From Bispira polyomma (lineage: Eukaryota), in the NCBI GenBank assembly GCA_965649765.1, contig OZ287751.1:70556001-70620000 (forward strand): DNA of 64,000 nucleotides. The letters are read 5' to 3'. Below the pieces are notes generated by a model. The model was not told the origin of the DNA. It saw only the letters and a program-made list of their open reading frames with translations, and ran no database searches. A program made the position numbers and the translations under genes. Below are positions 1-13,749 of this stretch, piece after piece; within the stretch, counting starts at the first letter, position 1, and every line of letters begins with the position of its first letter.

Positions 1-2448
1 CATTTGTCAAGTTGTAGGAAAACCAAACCAAAAGATTCCTGTAGCTCCTCTAAAACCCATTCCAGCATTTGAGGAACCATTCAGCAAGGTGATAATTGAT
101 TGTGTAGGCCCCTTACCAAAGACTAAATCCAGAAACCAATATCTCTTAACCATTATGTGTGCCTCAACCAGATTCCCTGAAGCCATACCTTTGACCAACA
201 TAACAGCCCCGACCCTCTCAAAAGCTTTAGTCAATTTCTTTACTTTAGTTGGCTTACCGAAGGAGATCCCGACAGATCAAGGGTCAAATTTCATGTCAGG
301 ATTATTTCAGCAAGTTGTGTTTCAGCTAGGTGCAAAACAGATCAAATCTAGTGCTTATTGTCCAGAACCACAAGGTGCCCTTGAAAGGTTCCATTCCACT
401 TTAAAAAATATGATTAGGACATATTGCTTAGATAATGAGAAAGACTGGGATGAAGGCATCAACTTATTATTGTTTGCAGTTAGGGAATCAGTGCAAGAGT
501 CTTTAGGCTTTAGTCTCTTTGAGTTGGTGTTTGGTCATTCAGTCCGTGGTCCTCTCAAGTTGTTGAAAGAAAATTGGTTATCTGAGAACTCTGAGAGCCT
601 AAACCTGTTAGATTATTTTTCAAACTTTAGGAGTAGGCTGAAAAAGGCTTGTGAGCTAGCACAACAAAATTTGAAACATTCTCAGTCAAATATGATAAGG
701 CTTTATGATAGAAAGTCGCAAAACCATGTTTTTAAACCGGGAGACAAGGTTTTAGTGGTATTACCTGTCCAGGGGAACACGATACAAGCCAGATATCATG
801 GGCCATACAAAGTGTTAAAGAGAGTAGGTAATTTGGATTATGTCATTGAAACCCCGGACAGGAGGAAGTCAACCCAACTGTGTCATGTAAATATGGTAAA
901 ACCATACTTGATAGGGGTGTGACAAAGCCTGTCATGGCTACTGATTGTAATGTAGAAAATGACAACAATCAGGAGCATGAACCATTGGATGACAATCTTG
1001 ATGTTGAAGTTAAATGTAAAATCAGGTTGAGTAATTCAGAGATTCTAGCTGATTTGGAAACCAAACTGAATCATGTATCTCCAGATAAGAGGATCCCACT
1101 TAGTGAGTTACTCTTAAAGTATAAGTCAGTATTTCCTGATGCCCTAACAGAACCAATGTACTCATGCATGATGTTAATGTTGGCAATGCCATTCTGGTCA
1201 AGCAGCACCCGTATTGTGTAAACCCAATCAAACTTGAAAAATTAAGACAAGAAGTGCAATACATGTTGGACAAAGATATAATTGGACCAAGTCAAAGTAG
1301 TTCGGCATCTCCTTGTGTTTTGGTCCCAAAGCCTGATGGTTCTATCAGATATTGCACAGACTATAGAAAGGTTAATGTTTTGAGTAAATCCAATTCATTT
1401 CCTATCCCAAGAATGGAAGACTGTATTGATCGAATTGGTAAAGCCAAATATATCACAAAATGTCACTTATTGAAAGGTTACTGGTGTGTAAATCTTACCG
1501 AACGGGCAAAAGAAATATCAGCATTTGTAACTCCCGGTGGTCTGTATCAGTACAAGGTAATGCCATTTGGCATGAAAAATTCCCAAGCTACATTTCAGAG
1601 ACTAATGAATATATGTTTAAGGAACTTAAAAGGGGTTGAAGTGTATGTGGATGATATTGTCATCTTTAGTGATACTTGGGAAGAACATTTGAAAAGACTT
1701 GAACAAGTTCTGTTTCGGCTTAAGCAAGCCAACCTTACTGTGAATCTATCGAAAAGTGTAAAAGCAAAGGTTGTTTACTTATGGCATGTAGTTGGTCATG
1801 GAGTTGTGACACCAATTAAAGCAAAAGTTGAAAGCATTATTGACTACCCTATTCCTAAAAATAAGAAAAGTTTAATGAGGTTCCTGGGAATGTCAGGTTA
1901 TTATAGAAAATTTTGTAAAAATTTCTCATATGTCACTACTCCACTGACTGAGCTCTTAAAAAAAACACGTAAAATATCACTGGTCTGAAGCATGTCAAAA
2001 AACATTTAACAAAGTAATGAGTGTTCTCTGTTTGGAGCCTGTACTAACTGCTCCAGACTTCAGTAGACCATTCTGGCTAGCTGTGGATGCCAGTGATGTT
2101 GGGGCAGGTGCAGTTTTACTGCAGACTGATGATGAAGATATTGAACATCCCATTTGTTATTTTTCAAAAAAAATTAACGTACATCAAAAGAATTACTCTA
2201 CAATAGAAAAGGAATGTTTAGCCCTCATTTTAGCCATTAAACTCTTTGACATATATGTATCTTCATCATCAAAACCAACTATTGTGTACACAGATCACAA
2301 CCTTTTAGTATTCTTGCACAAAATGAAAAACAAAAACAGATGTTTATTGAATTGGAGTTTGGTTTTGCAAGAATACAGTTTACAAATAGAGCATGTTAAA
2401 GGAAAGGATAACATTTGTGCTGATGCTCTATCAAGAAGTTGTAGTTAA
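1..2448 (+). pseudogene. pol: Frameshifted pol: integrase (to ~920), RT (~1164-1988), RNase H (~2017-2448)
   Basis: INT: IIDCVGPLP, TDQGSNF, GALERFH (D,D,E) and a GPY/F module (RYHGPYKV). RT: DYRKVN, MPFGMKN, YVDDIV. RH: VDASDVGAG, YSTIEKECLA, TDH, N..ADALSR. Split by frameshifts near 915, 1150 and 1965. Confidence 0.93.
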
Positions 2449-2635
2449 AGGTTATTTTGTATGTTAGTAACTGAAAAGTAAAGTTGTAACACTTAGATGT
2501 TTACTTATGGATATTACTTGTGTAACTTAAAATACAATGTTCTATAGAATGTTATTACATATGTACACTGTATATTCACTTATGTTTTGTGTAATATGAA
2601 ATTTTGTAACCCCTTGGCTTCCAAAATTTTTCTTT

Positions 2636-2646
2636 AAGGGGGGAGG
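2636..2646 (+). promoter_or_regulatory. Polypurine tract (plus-strand primer) of the gypsy element
   Basis: AAGGGGGGAGG directly before the TG start of the LTR. Confidence 0.85.
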
Positions 2647-3420
2647 TGTTACATATAAGGACATTGTGGTATGTTAAAGCACTCTGCTAGAGTGATCTAT
2701 TTATAGAATTGGGGAAACCCCTAAGCTTCTAGAAGCCAGTTCTATTTTGTTTCTGAAGGTTATTAAAGTTGTGTTCATATGTGTATCTCATCTCTGGAAT
2801 GTTCTAGTGATTGCTTCCATATTCTAGAGCCTTCTCTAGCAGTTGTATATATAAGGATTGACAGCCTGGCCACACCAGAGTTAATTGAGTTGAGGTGCTA
2901 TACAGACTGCTATACTGTGAAACATTTTATTTCTTTTCCTGTGGATATAAACTGATTACTGTATATGGTTTTGTGGTGAACTCATTGGAGCATTGAACTA
3001 GATAAAAGTTGTGGATCTACCAGAGATTGGATTTACTGCATATTGGATATTGTTTGCATCCTGGACTGGATAGCTTAGTTGTGCAGACTCTCTGGATATA
3101 TACATTTTGTGTTTGTGGACACCGAACGGATAACAGGATACAGGCATTGTGTGGACACCGAGCGGAGTTCAAGACAGATTGCTGAATGCAGTGGACAAAC
3201 TTGTTTAATTGATATTTAAGTGGACAGGACTGTTGTCAGGTCAGATTGGTTTCATTATTGTATTATTGTATGAACCATTAAGAGTATCTCGGTTGACTGC
3301 AATTCTGTAATTGTTATTTTATTTGTTAATAAATTTGTTAAATGAAACTTTTTGTCTTTTCCTGTTACAACCTAAAAGCAACCGGTAATTGCTACCGTGC
3401 TTGCTCCCGTGACCGTAACA
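2647..3420 (+). repeat. 3' LTR (774 bp)
   Basis: Starts TGTTAC right after the PPT and ends GTAACA (6-bp terminal inverted repeat). TATA-like TATATATAAG near 2846; AATAAA near 3328. Confidence 0.82.
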
Positions 3421-5319
3421 CCTCATTCAATGTATTTAGTTTGTCATCTCTATTTCCAGATCAATTTCTGTTTTAACCTAGAGGGCTGTCCCCCGCCTTC
3501 TAACCAACAGTGTACACAGATCTACAATGACCCCTCCAGCCACTGTTACTTTGCTCACAGCTTCTGCGAGAAAACTGGGGACATCTGTAAATGGAATGAA
3601 AATAAGAAGCTCAAAAAGTGTGTAGGTTGAAGACTGTTAACATTACTGAGGTATAAATAACACCAACTCTTGTATTCTTCTTAATAATTAGATATGACAT
3701 TGTACAGTGGAATTAAAATAAAAAGTTCATTACAAGAGTACTGGTTTAAGACTGTTATTTACATCAGTAAGGATAAATCAAAACACCTCCTTTAATCTTT
3801 TTAATTAGTGTATGTGATACAATATACTTACTTGGTCAAACCACAGCAGTCACGGGTTTCAGTATGGCTCTAGATTAAGTGTGTGGCAAAGTTGACAGTA
3901 GATTTGCTAAAAGCTGGTGGTTTGCAAAACACAAAAACTTTGACCAACTACCCTGCTTTCATTTCCTCCTCCAGTAAACAGGCCCCTTTTTAAGGGGCAA
4001 TGAATGAAGGTACGAAAGATTAGTTTACATAACGCTCACCAGGTGGCGAGCCTGAGCCAGGCCCCTGTCATTAGGCAAGGACTACTTTTTCCACTGTTTT
4101 ACAATACTGCAATTATGTATTTACATGTGTTCATAGCCCCTTAAAAGAGACATCAAACCAAAACTCAACTTAAAAACACAGTTTCCAGACAAGCCTAGCA
4201 TGGGTTTTAGAAAGCAATAAAATATAAGAGACACATGCTAAATTTCTATACCCAGATAAACCATTGACAACCCAGTCAAATTATTGCCCAAATGCTGTCG
4301 AAAACTAAAATTAGTGGAGAAATAGCATAAATTTTAATAAGACAAGAAATTGGAAATGCAATATCCCAACCAAAGCTCACATTACATTGACCTTTAGTCT
4401 ATATCTCAACCAATTGTAACTGACGTGTAAATCGAATGTAATTTATTACATTAACTATGAAAAACATATTGTTGTCAATACAAAGACACATACATGAGCA
4501 CGTTCTATCTATAGAAAACCACAATCATACAGAGACACTCGTATATCCAGATCATACAGAGACACTCCTATATCCAGACATTTTTTGAGTAAAAACCTAT
4601 TCAGTAAGCAGATATGGAATTCAAAATTATTGAATGGTGTAAAAATCAAAAATTCGATTTTAAAAACAAAAAGAAAGCCTTTCCCATACTTGTTATTCCG
4701 AATGTTATAATTTTCAGGCTAGACTGTTAAAAGTCATATATATTTGTGTTAAGTTTGACTGTTTTGAAGTTTTCACGCTGTTCGAAGGCCATTCATATTT
4801 TTTTTTATCCCATGGATAGTAAATTTCTACAATCACTGCCAAATCGGTTGATACTCACACATTTGTTGCATAAATGAGCTACAAACCTACAGTTTCCATT
4901 GTCATTGAGACACAATTCATGAGCACACAAATGGCTTTTACGTTATGTCCACATTTATGTACCTTGGTTTCCAGCTGAATTTGTTGTTTTTTTCACAATA
5001 TTTGATTTGAGTTGCTGAATTGATGACAATGAACCCTCAAATAAATTGGCTCACTAGGGGGGATAAAATCAAAAAGCATACAGGCTGACCTCAGAGGCTT
5101 GAGGATGGTGATCATTTCCCCCATTTCCCAATGTTCTTTAGCCTGCCACTAGGGATAGGACCTGCTGACAGAGGACTGCCTATTTAAGGTGATCATGCCA
5201 AGCCAACATGATATATGATAAGATATGACAGATTCTTAGCATGGCTAATTTATGCTAGGCATTGACAAAAGTTGTTAAAATCATGGCTGTTTCCAAATAG
5301 AAATTCGTTATCATGGTGA

Positions 5320-5460
5320 CATGGAGGAGAAAAATGTCTATGGAGGGTGAAGAGATGGTACTTAAGGTTACTTTTAAAGCCAGAGTGGGTTTCCTGGGAT
5401 CGTATATTGGTTGGTAAATTATTCCGTAGAGGCAAGTGCTGCAATAGAGAAAGTATGTGC
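5320..5460 (-). mobile_element. Short 3' fragment of an L2/CR1 LINE ORF2
   Basis: Translates as NNLPTNIRSQETHSGFKSNLKYHLF, matching the typical WNxLP..IR......FK..LK.HLF C-terminus. Confidence 0.7.
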
Positions 5461-7173
5461 TAGTATTCTTTCAAATGTGGCTTTTAAACCCTCTTATTGA
5501 CAATTTGGACCCCTTTGCATATTACATCACCTTTGAACTATGTCGTTTTTGTATACGTCACCATCACATTAAAGTTTCCTTTTGCCATTCTTTTTGTGTC
5601 TGAATGGTTTAAATTACTAGGTATGTATATGAATGTGCTGAAATGAAGATTCCAGCCGGCATACAGTAAGATACGTTGGCAGTGTAACCAGTTTAGAGTT
5701 ATTATTTTGAGTTATTTTAGTTACACGTTTTACATATCACATCTGTACATCTAATTTTAAATATAAAATGTTGTAAATGCCAAAACTAAACTGAAAGGAA
5801 GAAGGTTAATAATACCAAAAACAATAGATGCTGCATGTGAAGTTGATTCCTAATATTTCCATACTGCATCCCATTTCCAATATCCAAGTTTTATACTAGT
5901 TTATACTTCAAGTTTGTACACTTCAATTTTTATTCCATAAATGATCCTCTTTTGTTATTCACTCTACAGAAATCTGCAAATTTTGTTCAGAAAATGCTGT
6001 TTTTTCCCAATTCTGTCAAAGTGCTGCGCTACTAATAATTGATGGTAATGTTTAACTACAGCGTCTATGGTGACTTCATTCTGTAGCTACAGTGTTGAAT
6101 TTCACAGTGATCTTGTTATGATATATCTTTTTGGGTAGCCTTTTCCTACAATTCAATGGGAGCAGCAAGTCACCTTGCAATCAAAAAGGGGGGTAAGCAA
6201 ATAATGTGACACCCATGGCGGTAACAATAAATTGCCATTTCAATATAATATACATTTGTTAAAAAATAAGTGAAATACAACTGTTTGTTCATTACATTCT
6301 TTTACAAACTATGTTACAAAAAGGGCTTCAGCAAGCAATGACATATAAATAAACCAAGTAATATATCAAATAACAATTGTTATATTTTCTAAAAGAACAT
6401 AGTACATGTGAATACAATTATTATCGAATGACCTTTTCAAATGTAAAGTCATTTTTAAAAACAATATAAATGCTTGCATTTTGAATTTATTTTAGACCAA
6501 GGACAGTTAACTTTGAAAGTCACGATGATTATAAAGTGATAAAAAATAGTGAAGCAGTTGTCTGAAATTACATCCTATCTTTACCCCCTGCTGTCCTCCC
6601 TCACCCCCTGTTGGTACCATATCAATTATTCCAATTTTTATTTGCATTGTTTTTGGGATTACCTTTGTTATGTGTCATGTCTATCAATTATTTTGCGTCT
6701 TTCATGATCCAGACATAATTTGGTCATGATGTTATGTTCAAATCATTCAAAGTTGCAGCACCTGTTCAGTAAAATATTCTCCCTACTAGTTTTGCAATGA
6801 GAAATTTAGGAAAACACATTTTATCAACTAGCTTTTTCACCTTAACTTTCGTCTCCTAGCCACGACTGTGCTAGAACCACAAAACTTTTTCGTTCTGCAG
6901 AAGACGATACCTGGCCATCGATGGTGGCACTATAAAAGTAAAAACATTAACATGCCATTTCAGCACAATGGGCCTTTTCGAATTTTCCTTGGTGCACATT
7001 TCAACACTGTTACATATACTTGGATAACTTCCTCTAATGGTCAAATTTATTAACATTTTGACACTTTAATTTATTAACTTAAAATTTATTTATTGACACT
7101 TTCAAATTTATTTAACATATTGACACTTTAATTTTGACTTGTACTACAAATAACTCTCTTGTACAACTGAAAA

Positions 7174-7420
7174 GGGGCTGCGGTGGCCAAGTGGTTAGCA
7201 AGCATTGCGCTTCACAATCACTGGTCTCTCACCTCGCGAGTTTGCCTCCCGTCGATGCCTATGTGGGAAAGGTGGTAGTTCCTTACTGTGGGCCGCTGGT
7301 TTTAGTGCAGAGCCTTGATCAAATGTATGGAGTTTTTCCTCCAGCGTTTCCAAATGCCCGTCCAAATATAACCTAAACTGGTACTAGAGTGGACGTTAAA
7401 TATCCCAATTCAAATTCAAA
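7174..7420 (+). mobile_element. tRNA-derived SINE, copy 1, with 15-bp TSD
   Basis: TTGTACAACTGAAAA at 7159-7173 and 7421-7435. A box TGGCCAAGTGG; degenerate B box; (TTCAAA)n tail; homologous to 30412-30642. Confidence 0.9.
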
Positions 7421-8944
7421 TTGTACAACTGAAAATCGACTGGAATATCATCACATATCAGTAGCAATGACTTAAATGGATTCTAAGTAGTATATCTTGC
7501 TACTAAGGATTGGAGGGATGTGCCGACTCAGTGTAGATCTCTGCAAACTAATGGTAATAGGACAGGGAAGAGTCGTCTGGTATGAAGCAGAAATTGATTT
7601 GGTAATAAAACTAGATAATGTGGGTGAAATGTCTAACGATGCAATCTATTGCCTTGTAACAAATTCATCCAAGGGACAGGAAGACTGTCTAGATGCAATA
7701 TTTTGATACTGATGCTATTTATAAGAAAAAAAACCATAGCTATATCTTGATCTGACAAGGGGTGTATTCTGGTGAAACAAGGTGTTATATGCTCTCCAAC
7801 TCCCTTGCTACCATCCAGATGGCAGCTCTGTTCCATGTGCTATTGTTATCTTATTTGAATATGAATTTTCTACAAAATGTTTAGAAATTCATCAACATTC
7901 GTTATTATTTCTGTAAGTAGTACGCTTTGCACTATTTGTCAACATACCGATAATAGTTGAAGCTTCCACAAAAAATTTAGAATGTTTGAAAAACATACTC
8001 CCCCGAAATATAGATGCCTTATCAAAAGGTGGCTAGTACTAGTTACTGAACTGATCTTTATGCATTTATGTGAAAGTTTCATATTCAAAGCATTTCCATA
8101 CTATTTCAGAATAAAACGTATGCTGAAACAAGAGCGGCATTTAATAGAGAGCATACTCTCTGCCATGGCCCCACAGTGCCAAAAAGTGAAAACAAATTCT
8201 AAATCTCGTCCTTTTAGTCAAATCTGGTGCACAATTGAACAGGTTCTACCTTGGCTAATAGTCCACCCGTCTTACAAAAGAATAATGTCAATCAGTTTAG
8301 TAGTTTATGGTATTCTTTGTGACAAACAAACAAACCCAAGGACATATTGATGGAGGTAAAAATGCCGGCTCCCCGATCTCTTTCCCCCATTTCCCTGGTT
8401 GTGTGTATCTATTTGTAACTTTGCTCACAGATGACCTTAGTGTTAATTGTATTGCCAACAAGTGGTCGTTACTGGAATTGATCTGAGCCATAAATCTGTG
8501 TACTTTGAACTTTAATAAGACTTATCCTTTTTTTTACTTTCTCGAAGTAAATGAAAGTCATAACAAATATAGGCTTACACCCCCCCCAATAAGTGTAAAC
8601 AACATTGTTGTCAATATTTATTTATATTGCTGATAACAATCAGATATAGAAACTTTTGTTTTCTAACTGGACACAGTAAACTAATCCAAACCCAAACCAT
8701 TATATATTTTGAGGCAGATAATAATATAATGTGTTTCTATATACTACTTAATTATTTCCATTCTGTGTATCATCCCTATAAATCTATAACCCTCTAATCA
8801 AGCCTACATTAGAGAACTAAATATGTTAACACAGGCTTTTTAAGGCAATATCATTTTTGTAAAATTTAACCAAAACATAGAAACATGGTAAATTATCTGA
8901 TTTATTTGTTGCATTAATGTTAAATTTAATGATAGGTTACACTT

Positions 8945-11744
8945 GACTACTCTCTGTAGGGACGTCACCATAAATCCAGGCCATCAGCATCCATGCTCGA
9001 GATCGGTGCGTTTAACACCCAATTCTTGTAGAACAAGGCGCCTGCTGCTATTGATTTAATCATAGCCCAGGACTTGGATATTGCTGCCGTCTCCGAGACG
9101 TGGCTCAGCCGTAAGAATACCACTTCTTTTCTGAATAATATATCTCCTCAGGGTTATAATTTTTTTTCAGTTTTCTGGGTTGCAAAAACGCGGAGGAGGA
9201 GTAGGCATCTTTGTAAAAAATGTCCTCTCCTGTGAAATTCTAAAAAACAGTCTTATTTGTCTTTTGAATCCACTACATGCAAAATTTCAGATGGTTATTA
9301 CTCATTCCTGGTTTCTTCTTTTTAAAGACATGCGCTTTGGGTATCTAAAATCCTTTCCCCCAACAAACCCCATAAATGGACCAATGCCAGAATTACAGAG
9401 GCCAAAAGATGCAAACGCCAAGTTGGGCATCATTGGCGTCGCACTAAATCCTCCTTTGAAGGAAGCCGTTACTGCATCCCAAAAAATAATTTGAACAGGC
9501 TAATACCTAGTGCCAAAAAGAAACATTACGACTCTATCATTAGTAAAAATCAAGACAATTCCAAAAAGTTATGGGCTTTCATAAACAAAATTCTTTATAA
9601 ACAAAATTCAACATCCAAGAAAGTTCTCCCCGTAAATGACTGCCTTATATTTTTAGCCGAAAAATTTGGCAAATTTTTCATTGATAAAATTAGCAACATT
9701 CGTGACGGTTTTTAACGATGTATCACTTTAGTCTAGATAAAGTTTCTTACCTGTTCCATTTCAGTAGACTGTCCAAGCAGTATGTTCCAAAACTCTAAAA
9801 TCCTCTCCTACTAAATCTTGTGAATTAGATCCTATACCAGCAGTTATACTAAATCAATGCTTTGACATTCTAGTCACACCCATAACCAACGTATTAAATC
9901 GTTCTATTCGGGAAGGTGTTTTTCCCACTTGTTTCAAGACTGCAAATGTAACTTCCTTGATAAAAAAACAAAAACCAACTCGAAAACTACAGGCTGGTGT
10001 CAAATCTCAGCTTTGTCTCAAAAGTTATCGAGAAAGCTGTAGCACAACAAATTTCTGACCATCTAAACAGACAAAACATCGAAAATCGTCACCAGTCTGC
10101 TGATGTCCTGGTCTCACCTACACTTTCTAGAGCTACGTTTGTGTCAAGTTGTGGTAATTGTGTAAACGTTTTGAAAATGTACTAAGAAGTGGGGATCGCT
10201 TCTGTGATAGTCTCGTTACATTGTGCGATGGATGATATAGTTCTGGAAACGTTTCGTTTTTGTGTGTACTGTTTCAAACTGTTTGAAACATTACAGTCAC
10301 AGCTCCCATTTCTCCACGTTTCTCTATTCGTCCCGGAACATTTTCGAAAGTAGCATAGATGTATCAGTAAGTAGCTCTACATAGTAGTAGGTAGCGAGGA
10401 AGTCCCAGTAAGTAGTGAGATCATCTCCACTCGTCTCTGTTAGTCAAAAACGTTTCACTAAGTAGCAGAAAGCAACAGTAAGTAGCAGTATTGTATAGTA
10501 GCTCTACGTAGTAGAAGGTAGTGATTTCCTACCAGTAAAGTGTTAGATTTTTACCTTCGCTTTGTGTGTACAAGTACCAACATTGTCACGAAAAGTCACA
10601 AAATGTCACAATCGACTACCCCTTTATGGATATGACGTCACTTTGATACAATACTACCATGTTTTCAGTGTATATTGCTTAGGTAAGTTGGGGGGCGTTA
10701 ACATGTGTAGGTGTGACCAGGTCATTACGGAAAATTTAACCCTTTTTTGTATTAGCAATGAAATCAATCTTGCACTGGACCACAACGAACCAGTAGCCTT
10801 CACCCTTCTTGATCTTTCAGCAGCATTCAACACTATTGATCTGCGACACTCTCAAGCAGTGGTTTTGTATAAATGGTAGTGTTATTAAATTGATCAGATA
10901 CTACCTTACCCTCAGAGCACAAAAAAATTAAAGTAGATGATCACCTATCATATTCCATAAACCTATCATACAGAGTACCCCAGGGATCCGTCCTTGGGCC
11001 TCTACTTTTTACCCTTTATGCACATCCACTCAGCACTGTCATCAATAATCATAATATAAAACACCATATGTATGCAGATGACACTCAAGTCTGTCTCTCT
11101 CTCCACCATCAAAACGCAAATAAAATTTTTGACCTACTTGCAGACTGTCTATCAGCTGTCCAGGCGTGGATGAACTACTCCAAACTAAAACTAAACCCGA
11201 ACAAAGTGGAATTTATTCTCATTGGAAACAAGAAAAACAGTGAATTCTTAAAATCTTCGTTTTTCATCTCCCTTCTGTGAAAAGACATACTACCTTCCAA
11301 AAATGCCAAAAACCTGGGTGCCACTTTCGATTTAGCTTTTTCGTTCGACATTCATATTGCCAACATCCTGCTATTTCATATACACAACATTAAAAGAATC
11401 TGAAACCACCTGTCAATAGACACAGCAATATCTGTGGCTAATGCCCTTGTGAGCAGCCACCTCGACTACTGAAACTCCCATCTGTATGGAGCAAACAAGT
11501 CACTTTAAAAAGCTCCGGTCTATTTAAAACTACCTATGCAGGCTTTGTTTTCCTGGGTTGTTGCACAGAAGTTACTCTTTACCTTAAAAATACACTTATC
11601 AGTGTTAGAAAAAGCTTAAAACCTATCTTTTTAACCTTGCATACCCACTTTAGCTTCCCTCGTGCATGCTCCCACTTCCTTCCTTATGACTTTGCCATGC
11701 CCATGGATTTTAAAGCATGTTAAAATTTCATAATAATAATAATA
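8945..11744 (+). mobile_element. Decayed L2/CR1-group LINE (APE + RT), interrupted by a MITE
   Basis: DVTINPG near 8960; AVSETWL; RGGGVGIFV; NLSFVSKVIEK; HQSA(Y); LLDLSAAFNTID; PQGSVLGP; MYADDTQ; KLNPNK; (TAA)n tail at ~11730-11744. Confidence 0.9.
10104..10724. mobile_element. Non-autonomous TIR element (PIF/Harbinger-type MITE) nested in the LINE
   Basis: TIRs TGTCCTGGTCTCACCTACAC / GTGTAGGTGTGACCAGGTCA (2 mismatches). Flanked by TGA (10101-3) and TTA (10725-7). Removing it restores the LINE frame Q-S-A-Y-G-K-F. Internal AGTAG-rich repeats. Confidence 0.82.
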
Positions 11745-13749
11745 GTTGTAGTTTACTGATGGTTTTCAAATAACTTCATGTGGTATAAGGTTATGCTAAA
11801 CCAAAAGCCACAGTTTATGTACAGGTGTAACATAATAAAACACCTGGTAGCATCATAGGTGAGTCCAGACTTTTGTAATTATGGATGTCTACTCCTATAT
11901 TGTTAAAATGGATGTTTAAATTTAGTTGTTAAAAACATGTTGTTTGCTGCTGATAAAAAAATGATTTAAAAGGGGATAGGGGGTTTAGGGGGAGGGTGGG
12001 GTGATGGCTTCTGGAACCCTACACACCCCTGAACTTGGATCCGCCTATGAACACCTTGCACCAATTTTTGCCACATAATCCATCATTTGAAGGTAATAAT
12101 TTCAAAATATCACCCTATCCAGTGCTAGTCACTGCTATAATGATATGGCCCCTTAGTGGCCTTACGGTCCAATGCTTAACAACAAATTGTTAACTAAACA
12201 CTGACCAATCGCTTGACAGATATAATGGGATATTGGGCATAAGCTTACCTAGGCTGGTCACTTTCAAATAACTCTTCAAGTGACACACAAGGAATAAATA
12301 AACCCACCCACCATCCAGATATATAATGGAAGAATATATGGTTATGGGTATTACTATGTTATATTTTGTATAATATGATGGCATTTTAAAATTTTTGCAT
12401 TGTAAGGTTGTATATAGAGGCAAGTATAAAAAAACGTATCCCAAACCTACATTAGACTTCTTTACTGCATGAACTTTCATACTGTACTTTCAAACTGGAT
12501 CTTCATATGTAACAAGGTACACCTGGTATTTACTAGTAAACCATAGCAAGTGACTGTAATTACATTTTTGTCAAATTACACAACTCTTGATGTGATTTTA
12601 GCCTCTATCCATGGCCTGCAATAGATTATTACATATGCTTAGGATGGCTGTTTCTGTACATTTTCTGTAGGCAGACTGCGTGGATTCTCAGTGATATCAT
12701 ATCCTTGTGCTCAGACAGCTGTAGTAATATCACCTAATCAACAGATATAAACTGTAAAGGACACATATTTTTTCAAATAATTTACATCCATTACTTAGCT
12801 CACTCGTTACTCATATCAAGTCTCCTACAGCATCCAGTATTTGTATACATATGTGTGATTTTATATGTGTCCTTCGGGTATAAATCTCACTACAAGTGAC
12901 TAATATATGTCACAAATTGTATATTGTGGCATCAAAATGTCAAAGATGAATGTACTTATCAATCGGGATGACGCTAGAAACTAATCAAAATATGCAACCA
13001 CTACAAAAAGACACCCATTTTATAAGAACAAAGATAATATTGTAGCAAAAACTTGATTGGCACCTGAGCATTGATTGTTACTAGGTCACACATTTAAACA
13101 TGTGAGATTGGTGTGGCTTGATTATTAGTAAAGTATATTAAAAAAAAAGCTGCTCTAACATTTTTAAATTAATCTTTCACTTTTAAAGGAAATTCTCCCA
13201 CAAAATGTGACAATATCTTTAGACTCTATTAGAATGGCACATGTTTAGCCTCGTGCTTGGCATCCACATAAAAATATCTTTACTCCATTTGATATATTTA
13301 CAATCAACTTCAAATAATACTTTAATTTGTTCTGAGTTTTGGTCTGTTTTAACCTGACACATATCATGAAACATTCTTTGAAACAAAGATATTTTACAAA
13401 TATTAATTTTGATTAATTTCCTGAAAATGAGACTAAATTCTAATTGTACTCTTTTATATAAATTATATAAAACTGAAATATTCTCATGTGTCACTGGAAC
13501 AATGATATCTTCCTAAATTTATTTCTCAAATATTTTTTTTGACAACATGTTTGCTTTTTTAGACATTTATTTAATTAACAGGAGTTTTGTGTGAAGCAAT
13601 ACTTCCATTTATTATTATTATACATTTTTTACATGCTTTGTTAATGCTAGGCACTAAAGTGTATCAACAGAACCAGTGAGCCAATCGTATAGTCCATAGA
13701 TACAGCAAGGTCATAAGAAAAAAATTTGGGGTATACAAGAGGGAACTAA

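Larger units (their letters stand above)
1..3420 (+). mobile_element. 3' part of a Gmr1-like Ty3/gypsy LTR retrotransposon (INT-RT-RH-PPT-LTR); 5' end lies outside the window
   Basis: Gypsy-type integrase, then RT, then RNase H, followed by a polypurine tract and an LTR bounded by TGTTAC...GTAACA. Confidence 0.93.

Noticed and set aside
3397-8500. Short ORFs of 60-120 aa here and in other AT-rich stretches
   Set aside because: No recognisable motifs; consistent with chance ORFs or antisense frames of TEs.
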